Below are positions 35,745 through 45,029 of a stretch of 64,000 bases of DNA, one piece after another. The position numbers were made by a program, and so were the translations under genes. The notes below the pieces were generated by a model. It was not told the DNA's origin. It was given only the letters and a program-made list of their open reading frames with translations, and ran no database searches. The stretch's first letter is position 1; every line of letters begins with the position of its first letter. The stretch is from Acidobacteriota bacterium (GTDB lineage Bacteria; Acidobacteriota; Blastocatellia; Pyrinomonadales; Pyrinomonadaceae). The stretch is from contig JAIVJG010000160.1 in assembly GCA_020200155.1 (NCBI GenBank), forward strand, positions 130-64,129, in the 5' to 3' direction.

Positions 35745-36977
35745 CTAATGTCTAATGCTGATGTTCGAGATGGATTGAATGATCGGCAGATAGATGGCGA
35801 GCAGAATCGTCACCACGATGCCGCCCATCACCAGTAGAATCGCAGGTTCCAATACGGTCGTCAACTGTTCGAGCCGCACCTCCGATTCCTTGTCGTAAAA
35901 CTCCGCGACCTCTTCCAGCATCTCCCTCAAAGAGCCGGAGCGCTCGCCGACTCCGATCATATCAAGCGCAAGTGGGGGAATCCAACCGGCTGCCTCCAGA
36001 CTCTCGGTAAAAGAGCGCCCCTCCTGAATCATCGGCAGAATGGCCGAACTGCGTGCGCGCAGTTGCTTGTTCGTGACCGCCTCGGCGGCGATCTCCCAAG
36101 ACTCGACGAGCGTGATGCCGCCCGCCAGAAGCGTCGCCAGACTCCGCGTCACCTGTGCAATCGCCAACTGCGTCAGGAGCGAGCTGACAATCGGGAGTCG
36201 CAGGAGCATGCGGTCAATCGCGAGTTGCCCCGGCGGCGTGCGCGACCAGATGACGAGCGCGACGACCGAGACCAGAAGCAGAGGGAGGAACCAGTAGTAG
36301 TTCCCCGAGACGAAGGCCGAAAGTCCGATCACGAACCTCGTCACGGCGGGCAGCTCGTGGTTGAAGTTCTCGAAGAGGCTGGACATCCTCGGCACGACGT
36401 AGACGGTCAGGAACGTGACCATGCCCATCGAGGCCATCAACAGGAAGAGCGGGTAGGCCAACGCACCGCGAATCTTGCGGCGAATCTCGACACCCCGACG
36501 CATATACGCGACGTAGCGGCTGAGCACGTCGTCGAGCGCGCCCGAACGCTCGCCTGCGAGAATCGAAGCCGTGTAGATGCGCGGGAAGATCGGCCCCTGC
36601 GCGGCAAACGCCTGCGACAGCGCCACGCCGCCGCGAATCTTGTCCTCCACATCGCCGAGCAACATCCGCAGCCGCGCGGAGGCCGAGCGCCGCCGCAGCA
36701 TCGAGACGGCCTGAAGGATGGGAATGCCCGCGCGGATGATGGCGGCGAGTTGCTGGTTAAAGAGCAGGAAGTCGCCGGGCTTGATGCGCGCCTGCGTGCC
36801 GCCCTTGCCGCCGCGCGTCAGAGAGGCGACGCCCCTGGCCTTCGGCGGCGCGACCGAAAAGACGCGAAAGCCCTCCGATTCGAGCCTCACGCGCGCCTGT
36901 TGCACGCCGATGGCCTCGACCGTGCGCGTCACCACCTCGCCCGCAGGCGTTCCCAAACGACAGATAAATTCGGCCAT
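35745..36977 (-). CDS. GspF/PilC-family inner-membrane platform protein
   Basis: 410 aa with duplicated T2SSF domains (..LSQAFAAQGPIFPRIYTASILAGERSGALD.. and ..FTESLEAAGWIPPLALDMIGVGERSGSLRE..). Confidence 0.92.
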   Translation of the reverse strand: MAEFICRLGTPAGEVVTRTVEAIGVQQARVRLESEGFRVFSVAPPKARGVASLTRGGKGGTQARIKPGDFLLFNQQLAAIIRAGIPILQAVSMLRRRSASARLRMLLGDVEDKIRGGVALSQAFAAQGPIFPRIYTASILAGERSGALDDVLSRYVAYMRRGVEIRRKIRGALAYPLFLLMASMGMVTFLTVYVVPRMSSLFENFNHELPAVTRFVIGLSAFVSGNYYWFLPLLLVSVVALVIWSRTPPGQLAIDRMLLRLPIVSSLLTQLAIAQVTRSLATLLAGGITLVESWEIAAEAVTNKQLRARSSAILPMIQEGRSFTESLEAAGWIPPLALDMIGVGERSGSLREMLEEVAEFYDKESEVRLEQLTTVLEPAILLVMGGIVVTILLAIYLPIIQSISNISIRH

Positions 36978-37073
36978 TGCTTTCTACTTCTGCTGGGGGT
37001 TTTCGGCGTCGGCTCTCGTCAGGCGAGCCGACGCTTCGTCTTTGGCGCTACATTATAACACGCCGCCGCGACT

Positions 37074-37198
37074 GAAGGGATGAGGGCAAAGGGTCGAGGG
37101 TTGAATGAAAAGCCTTTTGAAATCCGACATCTCAAATTCGCAATTTCACTGACTCACCCCTCCGCCCTCATCTCTCATCCACCCCTCGCCTTCTCTCC
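37074..37198. repeat. Heptamer-word element (copy e, degenerate)
   Basis: GAAGGGA TGAGGGC AAAGGGT CGAGGGT TGAATGA AAAG ... CACCCCTCCGCCCTCATCTCTCATCCACCCCTCGCCTTCTCTCC. GATGAGGGC (37079-37087) pairs with GCCCTCATC (37164-37172). It lies in the divergent region upstream of gspF. Confidence 0.5.
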
Positions 37199-37473
37199 GC
37201 CTGGACTACACGCCGCTCGCCTCTCTAAGTTGCACGGAAATAAAGTTGAGATAGTCTTGAAACAGATATGTTGGTTGCCAGCCCGCAGCGGCGTGGCCTA
37301 CAATGCCCGCGTAAACAGGAGTCTCCCCGTCTTCCGTTTTTAAGTTTCGCGTACAACCAAAGAGGCCGTGTTGCCGTCAGAGCAACATTCAGGCAAGCGG
37401 GAGTTAGACCTCTCAAGGGTCTTCGTCCCTTTACCTCTGACGTTGTTCCAGCCATCTCAGCCAGGAGAATTTT

Positions 37474-38520
37474 ATGAGAGCGCGGCCCGCCCTGTGTTTA
37501 AGACTAATTGCGCTTGTCTCCTTTCTCGCCCTCGCCGGATTGATTTCGGGTCGCACTGGTTCCACACAACAGACGCAGCGCCAACCGCCCGCGTCCGCCG
37601 CTCCGTCCCCTTCGCCGACGCCGAGCGTCCAATCGCCATCGCGCGTGTTGCCGGGAATTCAGGTTGATAACGACTCCCAAACCGTCATCACCAACTCCGA
37701 CCTGATTACGCTGACCGTGACGGTGACGGACACGTTCGGGCGATTCGTGACGGGACTGAACCAGAATGCCTTCACGATCTTTGACGACAAGGAACAGCAG
37801 CAGATCACCTTCTTCAGCGACGAGGACGCGCCCGTCAGCCTCGGCGTCATCTTCGACGTGTCCCGCTCGATGGGCGGCGAAAAGATCAGTCGCGCCCGCG
37901 AGGCGCTCGCCAAGTTCATCGAGACGAGCCACAGCGGCGACGAGTATTTCCTGATCGGCTTCAACGACCGCGCCCAACTTCTCTTGGACAAGACGCGCGA
38001 CAGCGACGCGCTCCTCAACAAGCTGACCTTCGTCCAGACGAAGGGGCAGACCGCGCTCTACGACGCCACCTACCTCGGCGTCGAAAAGGTCACGCGCGGC
38101 ACGCACCCCAAACGCGCGGTGCTCCTCATCAGCGACGGGCAGGACAACAGTTCACGTTATACCTTCACGGAGTTGCGCCGCCTGCTCAAAGAGTCCGACG
38201 TAATCATCTATGCCGTCGGCATCGTGAGCGGCCACGACGACAGCACGCTCGACATGGGGGGCCGCTCGATCCTCGAAGAATTGGCCGGCGTCTCCGGCGG
38301 CAAGGCATTCTTTCCCTCCTCCACCGCCGAGATGAACGACACCTTCGAGCGCATCGCGCTTGAGTTGCGCACGCAGTATTCCATCGGCTACAAGCCTACA
38401 AACTTCGTCAACGATGGCAAGTGGCACAAGCTGAAGATCAAAGTCCAGCCGCCGAGAGGGTTCCCGCGCCTCTTCGTGCGCGGGCGCGAAGGCTACTACT
38501 CCGTCACCAACCCGAAGTAA
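37474..38520 (+). CDS. Secreted von Willebrand factor A (VWA) domain protein (acidobacterial VWFA-related type)
   Basis: Signal peptide MRARPALCLRLIALVSFLALAG, the VSLGVIFDVSRSM MIDAS-like motif, and LLISDGQDNSS. Confidence 0.85.
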   Translation: MRARPALCLRLIALVSFLALAGLISGRTGSTQQTQRQPPASAAPSPSPTPSVQSPSRVLPGIQVDNDSQTVITNSDLITLTVTVTDTFGRFVTGLNQNAFTIFDDKEQQQITFFSDEDAPVSLGVIFDVSRSMGGEKISRAREALAKFIETSHSGDEYFLIGFNDRAQLLLDKTRDSDALLNKLTFVQTKGQTALYDATYLGVEKVTRGTHPKRAVLLISDGQDNSSRYTFTELRRLLKESDVIIYAVGIVSGHDDSTLDMGGRSILEELAGVSGGKAFFPSSTAEMNDTFERIALELRTQYSIGYKPTNFVNDGKWHKLKIKVQPPRGFPRLFVRGREGYYSVTNPK

Positions 38521-38827
38521 AAACGCGCCTGCAAGTTCAATCTGTGTCAAAGGAAGCGTCGCCCATTGCCGGCACAACTGGCAACGTGCGGCGCTTCTTC
38601 GCGCATCTTTAATTTCGCGCGTGCGTTTACGCGCTCGCCAGAAGTTAAAATGAGGCTATAATCTGTTTGTTCTTTGCCCCGGCCACGCGGAGCCTGTCCT
38701 CGCAAGGGCGGCTCTCTTAGCGGCGGAGGCCGCGCCGGTCACGAAGTCCGACGAAAAGAGCCAGCAGGAGAAGGAGCAGGAGGTTGACCCGGAGGAAATC
38801 GTCAGGGTCGAGAGTAATCTCGTCAAC

Positions 38828-39721
38828 TTGCAGGTGCGTGTCATTGACCGCAACAACCGGCCCGTGACCGACGTGGGGAAGAATGACTTTCAGGTTTTCG
38901 AGAACGGCGTCGCGCAGAAGATAGAATTTATCACCACGGAAGAAGTGCCGATCAGCTATGGCCTCGTGATTGATAATTCGGGTTCCCTGCGTAACCAGAT
39001 CAATCAGGTGATTGAGGCCGGCAAGACCATCGTCGGCAGCAACAAGCCCGGCGACGAGACCTTCGTCGTGCGCTTCATCTCCAGCGACGAGATCAAGATC
39101 ATGCAGGACTTCACGCCGGACAAGCAGGCGCTCAACGATGCGCTCGACGATATGTTCGTCGAGGGAGGACAGACGGCTGTGGTTGATGCCGTCTACCTCG
39201 CAGCCGAGCACGCAGCCGAGCACAAGAAGGGTAACCCGCTCGAAGACAAGCGCCGCCGCGCGCTCGTCCTCGTCACGGACGGCGAAGATCGCGCCAGCTT
39301 CTACAAGACCGAACAGCTTTTCGAGTCGCTCAAGGAAGAGGACGTGCAGATTTTCATCATCGGCTTCGTCAACGAACTCGATAAAGAGGGCGGCTTCATC
39401 AGCAAGTCGAAACGCCAAAAGGCGATGGACTTGCTCAACCGGATGGCGAAGGAGACGGGCGGGCGCGCGTTCTACCCGACCTCGCTCACCGAACTGCCGG
39501 GCATCGCCGTAGAGATCACGAAAGACCTTCGCACGCAGTACGTCATCAGCTATATTCCCACGACGAAGGCGCGGCCCGGCGAGTTTCGCCCTGTGCGCGT
39601 CGCGGTGGCCGACGCGCCCAACCGCGAAAAGCGCATCGCCGTCACACGCTCCGGCTACACCACCAGAGAGGGCGGCGCGCCGCCCACGCTCGACCGACCC
39701 CAGGCTCCCAGGAGGCCTTGA
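38828..39721 (+). CDS. VWA domain protein, paralog of upstream gene (true start unresolved; frame open back to 38654)
   Basis: ISYGLVIDNSGSL MIDAS-like motif and LVLVTDGEDRAS. The first canonical start is TTG 38828, but family-like sequence (EEIVRVESNLVNLQV) lies upstream of it. Confidence 0.75.
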   Translation: MQVRVIDRNNRPVTDVGKNDFQVFENGVAQKIEFITTEEVPISYGLVIDNSGSLRNQINQVIEAGKTIVGSNKPGDETFVVRFISSDEIKIMQDFTPDKQALNDALDDMFVEGGQTAVVDAVYLAAEHAAEHKKGNPLEDKRRRALVLVTDGEDRASFYKTEQLFESLKEEDVQIFIIGFVNELDKEGGFISKSKRQKAMDLLNRMAKETGGRAFYPTSLTELPGIAVEITKDLRTQYVISYIPTTKARPGEFRPVRVAVADAPNREKRIAVTRSGYTTREGGAPPTLDRPQAPRRP

Positions 39722-40585
39722 ATGGCTGTTGATGCTGCTCTACTCGCGGACACCGATTTCTTCAAACTGCTCGGCGAAGAAGATCGCAATGCTCTGGCGG
39801 AGGTCGTTGACCTCGTCAAACTAAATGAAGGAGAGACTCTCTTCAGGACTGGCGACCTGGGAGAGTCTCTTTTTCTTATCCGCGCGGGCGAAGTCGAATT
39901 GTTCGTCAAGGACACGGCGGGGCAGAAGATCGTCCTGACTGTCTCTAAGGCGGGCGACTTCTTCGGCGAGATCGCGCTGCTCGACAGCGGCCCGCGCTCG
40001 GCCACCGCGCTCGCGCTCACAGAGTGCGAACTAATCGAACTGGATCGCGGCGACCTGCTCCTGCTCTTCCAGAGAAAGCCGGACGCGGCGCTCAGCATGC
40101 TCGCCGCGATGGGGCGGATGACCAGACAGGCCGACGAACTGCTGCGCACGCGCGTCTCGCGCAACGTCAACGACGAGATGGAGACGCATCTCACGCTGAT
40201 TCAGAAAATTTCCGACTGGCTGGCGTGGTTCAGCGGCAGTATGCCTTTCCTGTTTCTTCACGCGGCGTGGTTCGTCGTCTGGGTCTCGCTCAACACTGTC
40301 ATTCTCGGCGGGCGCGCGTTCGACCCGTTCCCGTTCGGCCTGCTGACGATGATCGTCTCGCTTGAAGCAATCTTCCTTTCCTGCTTCGTCCTCATCAGCC
40401 AGAATCGCCAGGCTGAGAAAGACCATGTGCGCTCCGACGTTGAGTACGACGTAAACATCAAGGCCGAACTCGAAGTGGCACACCTGCACGAGAAGACAGA
40501 TCACATCCACGAAGAAATGATGAGAAGATTTGCGCGGCTCGAAAAGCTGCTTGCGGGGCAGACGGCTTCCGGCGAAAAAAGGTAG
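39722..40585 (+). CDS. Cyclic-nucleotide-binding domain fused to DUF1003-type membrane domain
   Basis: An N-terminal cNMP fold (FFKLLGEEDRNALA..GDFFGEIALLDSGPRSATA) is followed by two TM segments and a coiled C-terminus. The ATG immediately follows the upstream TGA. Confidence 0.8.
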   Translation: MAVDAALLADTDFFKLLGEEDRNALAEVVDLVKLNEGETLFRTGDLGESLFLIRAGEVELFVKDTAGQKIVLTVSKAGDFFGEIALLDSGPRSATALALTECELIELDRGDLLLLFQRKPDAALSMLAAMGRMTRQADELLRTRVSRNVNDEMETHLTLIQKISDWLAWFSGSMPFLFLHAAWFVVWVSLNTVILGGRAFDPFPFGLLTMIVSLEAIFLSCFVLISQNRQAEKDHVRSDVEYDVNIKAELEVAHLHEKTDHIHEEMMRRFARLEKLLAGQTASGEKR

Positions 40586-40637
40586 CGCGGCTTGCGCCGG
40601 CTTCGACCCCGGAGAAAACCGCTCGTGATTAGCCGTC

Positions 40638-40952
40638 TCACTTCGAGGGCATGAGCGTGATCTGCCACGCGATGAATGCCATGAAGGCGAGCGCGAGCAC
40701 GACGATGACGAGCGCGACCGGCTCCAGATGAAACACGCCCGCGGCTCCACGGTCTTCTTCGGCGAAATCCTTCGAGAGCGTCACCTGGTTGCTGTCCACA
40801 CGTATCGCGCCGCCGTTGTTCTCCGGCTTCCGGACGGCAGCAGTCGCCTTAACTTCTTCGAGCGGGGCGAGGCGCGCCGACACCTCAGCCGTGTTGCCCT
40901 TTTTCCTCCCGGTGTAATGTTTGTGCGGCCTGTTGCCTTTCTTCATAGCCAT
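40638..40952 (-). CDS. Small basic protein with C-terminal TM anchor
   Basis: [20 protein letters not shown]... with [21 protein letters not shown]. It overlaps the corA stop by 10 nt. Confidence 0.5.
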   Translation of the reverse strand: MAMKKGNRPHKHYTGRKKGNTAEVSARLAPLEEVKATAAVRKPENNGGAIRVDSNQVTLSKDFAEEDRGAAGVFHLEPVALVIVVLALAFMAFIAWQITLMPSK

Positions 40953-41914
40953 CGCATCTTCCTGAAATAAAAGTAGAGCGCCAGCCCGACGGCGACCATC
41001 GAGCCGAGCGAGAAGACGTAGCCGAAACGCCAATGGAGTTCCGGCATGAACTCGAAGTTCATCCCGTAGATGCCCGCGACCAGCGTGACGGACATGAGAA
41101 TGGTCGCAATCGAGGTCAGGCGCTTCATCACCATGTTCATGCGGTTGCCCTGCACGGAGAGGTACGCGTCCATCGTCGAGCCGAGCATGTCGCGCAGGGT
41201 GTCAATCGTGTCGGCGACGCGGATGATGTGATCGAACACGTCCTGAAAGTAGACGTGCGTCTCGCGGGCGAAGATGGGCTGTTCGCGACGCAGTATCGTG
41301 TTGAAAACGTCGCGCAAAGGGGTGATCGTGCGGCGCAGGTAAAGCAGTTGCTTCTTGATGCGGAAGATTTCCTGTATGGATTCGGGCTTGAACTCGCCGA
41401 AAATCTGGTCTTCAAGGTCGTCCATCCGGTCGCTCAAAACGTCGAGGAGCGGCAGGTAGTCGTCCACGATGGCGTCAATCAGAAGGTACGCGAGCATCCC
41501 CGCGCCGTGCTCCGCGCGATCCGTCCATTCGTGCCACAGGCGCTTGGCCGTCTCGACGGCACGAATGGGTCGGCTGTGGACTGTGACGAGATAGTTGCTG
41601 CCGAGGAAGATATTCAACTCGCGCAGTTCGAGGTCGTCGTCGGGGCCGACCAGTTCGGCCTCGTAGAGCACGATGAAGTAATAGCCCTCGTACTCTTCGA
41701 CCTTCGGGCGCTGGTGCGGGGCCTGGCAATCTTCGATGGAGAGCGGGTGAAAGTTGAACTCCTTGGCGAGTTCGATGAAGTCCTCGCTGGTCGGGTCGCT
41801 CACGTCGGCCCAGACGACGTTCTGCTTGCCCAGGCAGTGCTCGCTAATCTCTGTGGCCGGAAAGTTGTCGGTAAACTTTTTCGACTCGCTGTCGAGGCAA
41901 ACCGTGGTTATCAT
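40943..41914 (-). CDS. corA: CorA-family magnesium/cobalt transporter
   Basis: 323 aa with the [11 protein letters not shown] (GMN) signature and two C-terminal TM helices. Confidence 0.92.
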   Translation of the reverse strand: MITTVCLDSESKKFTDNFPATEISEHCLGKQNVVWADVSDPTSEDFIELAKEFNFHPLSIEDCQAPHQRPKVEEYEGYYFIVLYEAELVGPDDDLELRELNIFLGSNYLVTVHSRPIRAVETAKRLWHEWTDRAEHGAGMLAYLLIDAIVDDYLPLLDVLSDRMDDLEDQIFGEFKPESIQEIFRIKKQLLYLRRTITPLRDVFNTILRREQPIFARETHVYFQDVFDHIIRVADTIDTLRDMLGSTMDAYLSVQGNRMNMVMKRLTSIATILMSVTLVAGIYGMNFEFMPELHWRFGYVFSLGSMVAVGLALYFYFRKMRWL

Positions 41915-42135
41915 TTTAGCTTCGGACTCCCGTCATCTGTGCTAATCTTGCTTCATTATCATTCTCGATTAATTTTCAGAGGGGTTCATAGCTTGTCGCT
42001 CCGCGCCAGATTAACATTCGCGCTCATCAGTCTGCTCTGGATTCTGCCATTAGCTGCCCAGGCTCAACAACCCTTCATCAACCTACAGGCGCAGGTCGGC
42101 GGCAATTACGTTGACGTTCAAGGAGTAAGAATCTG

Positions 42136-43389
42136 ATGGTCATGCTGTCCGCGCTTCGCCGCTTCAGCGTGGTTGACGAGCGAGGGAAAAGCGCACGCCT
42201 TCAAGACCTGGCGGTCGCGCTCTTCGATGGCGACTACCCGCCCGTCACGCGCTTGTTCTATTCCGTCGAAGACGGGCAGCAGATGTCGCTCGGCTGGGAC
42301 GACGTGCGCGCTCTGGAATGGGAGGCGAAACAAATCAAGGTGGCCGACCTCTCGGCGGGTGAAGCGGCCCCGCCCGACTCGCTCAAGCAGGAAGTGTTGC
42401 TCGTGCGCGACGTGCTCGACGCGCTCGTGCTCGATTTGCAAAACCGGCGCACGACACGCGCCAACGACCTCTCTCTGGAAGAGAAAGACGGGCGGCTGGT
42501 GCTGCGCGCCGCAGACACGAGCGGGCGTGCGCTGCTGCGGCGTTTGAGTCGTGGGTTGTTCGCAAACGCGCCGGACGAATTTCTTTATGATTGGAAGTAC
42601 GTCGAATTTCTCCGTGGCGAGCCGCGTTCGGTTCGCAACGGCGAGGGCGAGCACCTGCGCGTCACACGCCTTCAGCCGGGCGAGATCGCCGTTCTCAGTA
42701 CGGCGATTCCATACCTCCACGCCGCAGAGTTGCTGACGCTCCTGCCCGACCCCCTCGCCGCGCAGACGCTCGAAGTGACCTTGCCGGAGCGACAGCTTCA
42801 GGTCTTCGAGGAACTCGACGAAGAAGATGCCATCAAAATGCTGACGCTCATGGCCCCGAACGTCGCGGCGGATTTGATCGGGCGGCTGGCAACCGGGACG
42901 GCGACGCGCTACCTTGAGCGCATGCCGAAAGAAAGGAGCGCGCGGGTCGTCGAACTGCTGCGTTATCCGGAAGACTCGGTCGGCGGCATTATGACCAACG
43001 AAGTCGTCTTCATTTCCTCCGGCCTGACCGTGCGAGAGGCGCGCGCGAGTCTGCGCGAAATACTCAAGAAGCCGGAATTCGTCTATCTCATCTTTCTCGT
43101 TGACGACGACAAGCAAAGGCGTCTCCAAGGGATGATCTCGCTCCGCAACCTCATCGTGGCCGACGACGACAAGCGGCTGGAAGAAATCATGGACCCTTAC
43201 GTCACCACGCTCAACCATCACGAACCGGCGCGCGAGGCCGCGTACCGAGTCATCAACAGCCACATGGCCGCGATGCCTGTGATTGACGACGAGAGGAAAT
43301 TGCTCGGCGTGGTGACGATGGACGCGGCGGTCACGCAGGTCGCCCCGGCGAGTTGGAGTTCGCAAGCGCCGAGGAGGGTCTTCACATGA
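42136..43389 (+). CDS. Soluble MgtE N-domain + CBS-pair protein (no MgtE membrane domain)
   Basis: 417 aa. The central region is MgtE_N-like (LLTLLPDPLAAQTLEVTLPERQLQVFEELDEEDAIKMLTLMAPNVAADLIGRL). Two CBS motifs follow (GGIMTNEVVFIS.., ..MAAMPVIDDERKLLGVVTMD). It ends in an ATGA overlap with the next gene. Confidence 0.8.
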   Translation: MVMLSALRRFSVVDERGKSARLQDLAVALFDGDYPPVTRLFYSVEDGQQMSLGWDDVRALEWEAKQIKVADLSAGEAAPPDSLKQEVLLVRDVLDALVLDLQNRRTTRANDLSLEEKDGRLVLRAADTSGRALLRRLSRGLFANAPDEFLYDWKYVEFLRGEPRSVRNGEGEHLRVTRLQPGEIAVLSTAIPYLHAAELLTLLPDPLAAQTLEVTLPERQLQVFEELDEEDAIKMLTLMAPNVAADLIGRLATGTATRYLERMPKERSARVVELLRYPEDSVGGIMTNEVVFISSGLTVREARASLREILKKPEFVYLIFLVDDDKQRRLQGMISLRNLIVADDDKRLEEIMDPYVTTLNHHEPAREAAYRVINSHMAAMPVIDDERKLLGVVTMDAAVTQVAPASWSSQAPRRVFT

Positions 43390-44780
43390 GCAAGGAGCCG
43401 GCACCGCAGGGACTCGAACCTCTGGCCGAGGCCGACAGCCTTGTGCTGCCGACGCGCCCGCGCAGAATTCCCACGGCCCTGCGCGTCAACATACGCGGGC
43501 GGAGCGTGCAACTGCGCGGCCTGCGCCGCCCGCCGACTGGATTGCTGCGCTGGCTGCTGATTCTTGGGCCGGGACTGATCGCGGCCTCAGCCGGCAACGA
43601 CGCGGGCGGCATCGCGACCTACAGTTCCGCCGGCGCGAAGTTCGGCTACGATCTCATCTGGGTGATGGTTATCATCACCGTGTCGCTCGCCGTCGTGCAG
43701 GAGATGTGCGCACGCCTCGGCGCGGCGACGGGCAGGGGCTTGCTCGACTTAATCCGCGAACGCTTCGGCGTCGGCTGGACGCTCCTCGCCGTCACGATCA
43801 TCCTCGTCGCCAACGGCGGGCTGGTCGTCAGCGAGTTCGTCGGCATCGGCGCGGCTTCGGAACTGTTCGGCGTCAGCAAGTACATCGCGGTTCCGCTGGG
43901 CGCGGCGCTGCTCTGGTATCTGGTCATCTTCGGCTCGTACAGTTGGGTCGAAAAAATATTCCTCGCGATGACACTCGTCTTCTTCGCCTACCCCGTCGCA
44001 GCCATCATGGCCCACCCACACTGGCCCGAAGTCGCGCGCGGCGCTTTCATCCCCAAGCTGCAACTGGACTCTGACTACATCTTCATCCTCGTCGGCTTGC
44101 TCGGCACGACCATCACGCCTTACATGCAACTGTTCCAGCAAAGTTCCCTCGTCGAGAAGGGCGTCGCGCGACGCCACTACGGCCCCGAACGCATAGACAC
44201 ATACTTCGGCGCTGGCTTCTCCAACATGATGTCCATCTTTATGATTATCGCCACGGCGGCCACGCTCCACGTCGCAGGCCAGACCGACATCAACACCGCC
44301 GCCGACGCCGCGCGTGCGCTCGAACCCCTGATGGGCAGCTCGGCCCCGATGCTTTTCGGAACGGGTTTGCTCGGCGCGTCGCTTCTGGCCGGGGCCGTGC
44401 TCCCGCTCGCCACCTCCTACGCCGTCAGCGAAGCCTTCGGTCTCCCGAAGGGCGTCAACTTAGACTTCCGCCGCGCGCCGAAATTCTTCATGCTCTTTAC
44501 CGCGCTGATCGTGTTCGGCGCGGGCATCGCGCTAATCCCCGGCGTGCCTGTCATCCAACTGCTCGTCGCCATTCAGGTGCTTAACGGCATCATGCTGCCG
44601 ATCATCCTGATCTTCATCCTCATCCTCATCAACGACGAGCACCTGACCGGCGAACTCAAAAACACGCGCCTCTACAACGTACTCGGCTGGGGGACGTTCG
44701 CCATGATTACGACGGCGGTCGTCGTCATGCTGGGCGGGCAGTTGCTGGAATTCTTCGGCGTCAAACTCTTCGGCGGCTGA
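43386..44780 (+). CDS. NRAMP/SLC11-family transporter with non-canonical metal-site motifs (DAGG / TPY)
   Basis: Colinear with MntH: LGPGLIAASAGNDAGGIATYSSAGAKFGY against [29 protein letters not shown], and TM6 LGTTITPYMQLF against LGATIMPHVIYL. Confidence 0.85.
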   Translation: MSKEPAPQGLEPLAEADSLVLPTRPRRIPTALRVNIRGRSVQLRGLRRPPTGLLRWLLILGPGLIAASAGNDAGGIATYSSAGAKFGYDLIWVMVIITVSLAVVQEMCARLGAATGRGLLDLIRERFGVGWTLLAVTIILVANGGLVVSEFVGIGAASELFGVSKYIAVPLGAALLWYLVIFGSYSWVEKIFLAMTLVFFAYPVAAIMAHPHWPEVARGAFIPKLQLDSDYIFILVGLLGTTITPYMQLFQQSSLVEKGVARRHYGPERIDTYFGAGFSNMMSIFMIIATAATLHVAGQTDINTAADAARALEPLMGSSAPMLFGTGLLGASLLAGAVLPLATSYAVSEAFGLPKGVNLDFRRAPKFFMLFTALIVFGAGIALIPGVPVIQLLVAIQVLNGIMLPIILIFILILINDEHLTGELKNTRLYNVLGWGTFAMITTAVVVMLGGQLLEFFGVKLFGG

Positions 44781-45029
44781 AGCGGCGTTCCCCCGGCAAG
44801 CGTCCTGGTTCACTCACAAAGGACACGGAGAGATGTCACAGAGGTACGAAAAGTGTCCGCGCACGCTTGGCGTTCGCCAATGGTTCATTACATTTGCATT
44901 TAAATGTTGACTCTCTATCGGACTCTTACATAACTATTACAAACGAAGCGCCCGCTTCCTGCTACGATTCACTTACCCCCGCATCAAAATCAACAGCTTT
45001 ACTTTTTCACTCGCACGGAGGAGTCACGC

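Noticed and set aside
41915-42135. Possible Mg2+ (M-box) riboswitch in the corA / MgtE_N-CBS divergent region
   Set aside because: I could not find the conserved M-box core elements by eye. It needs an Infernal scan before any claim.
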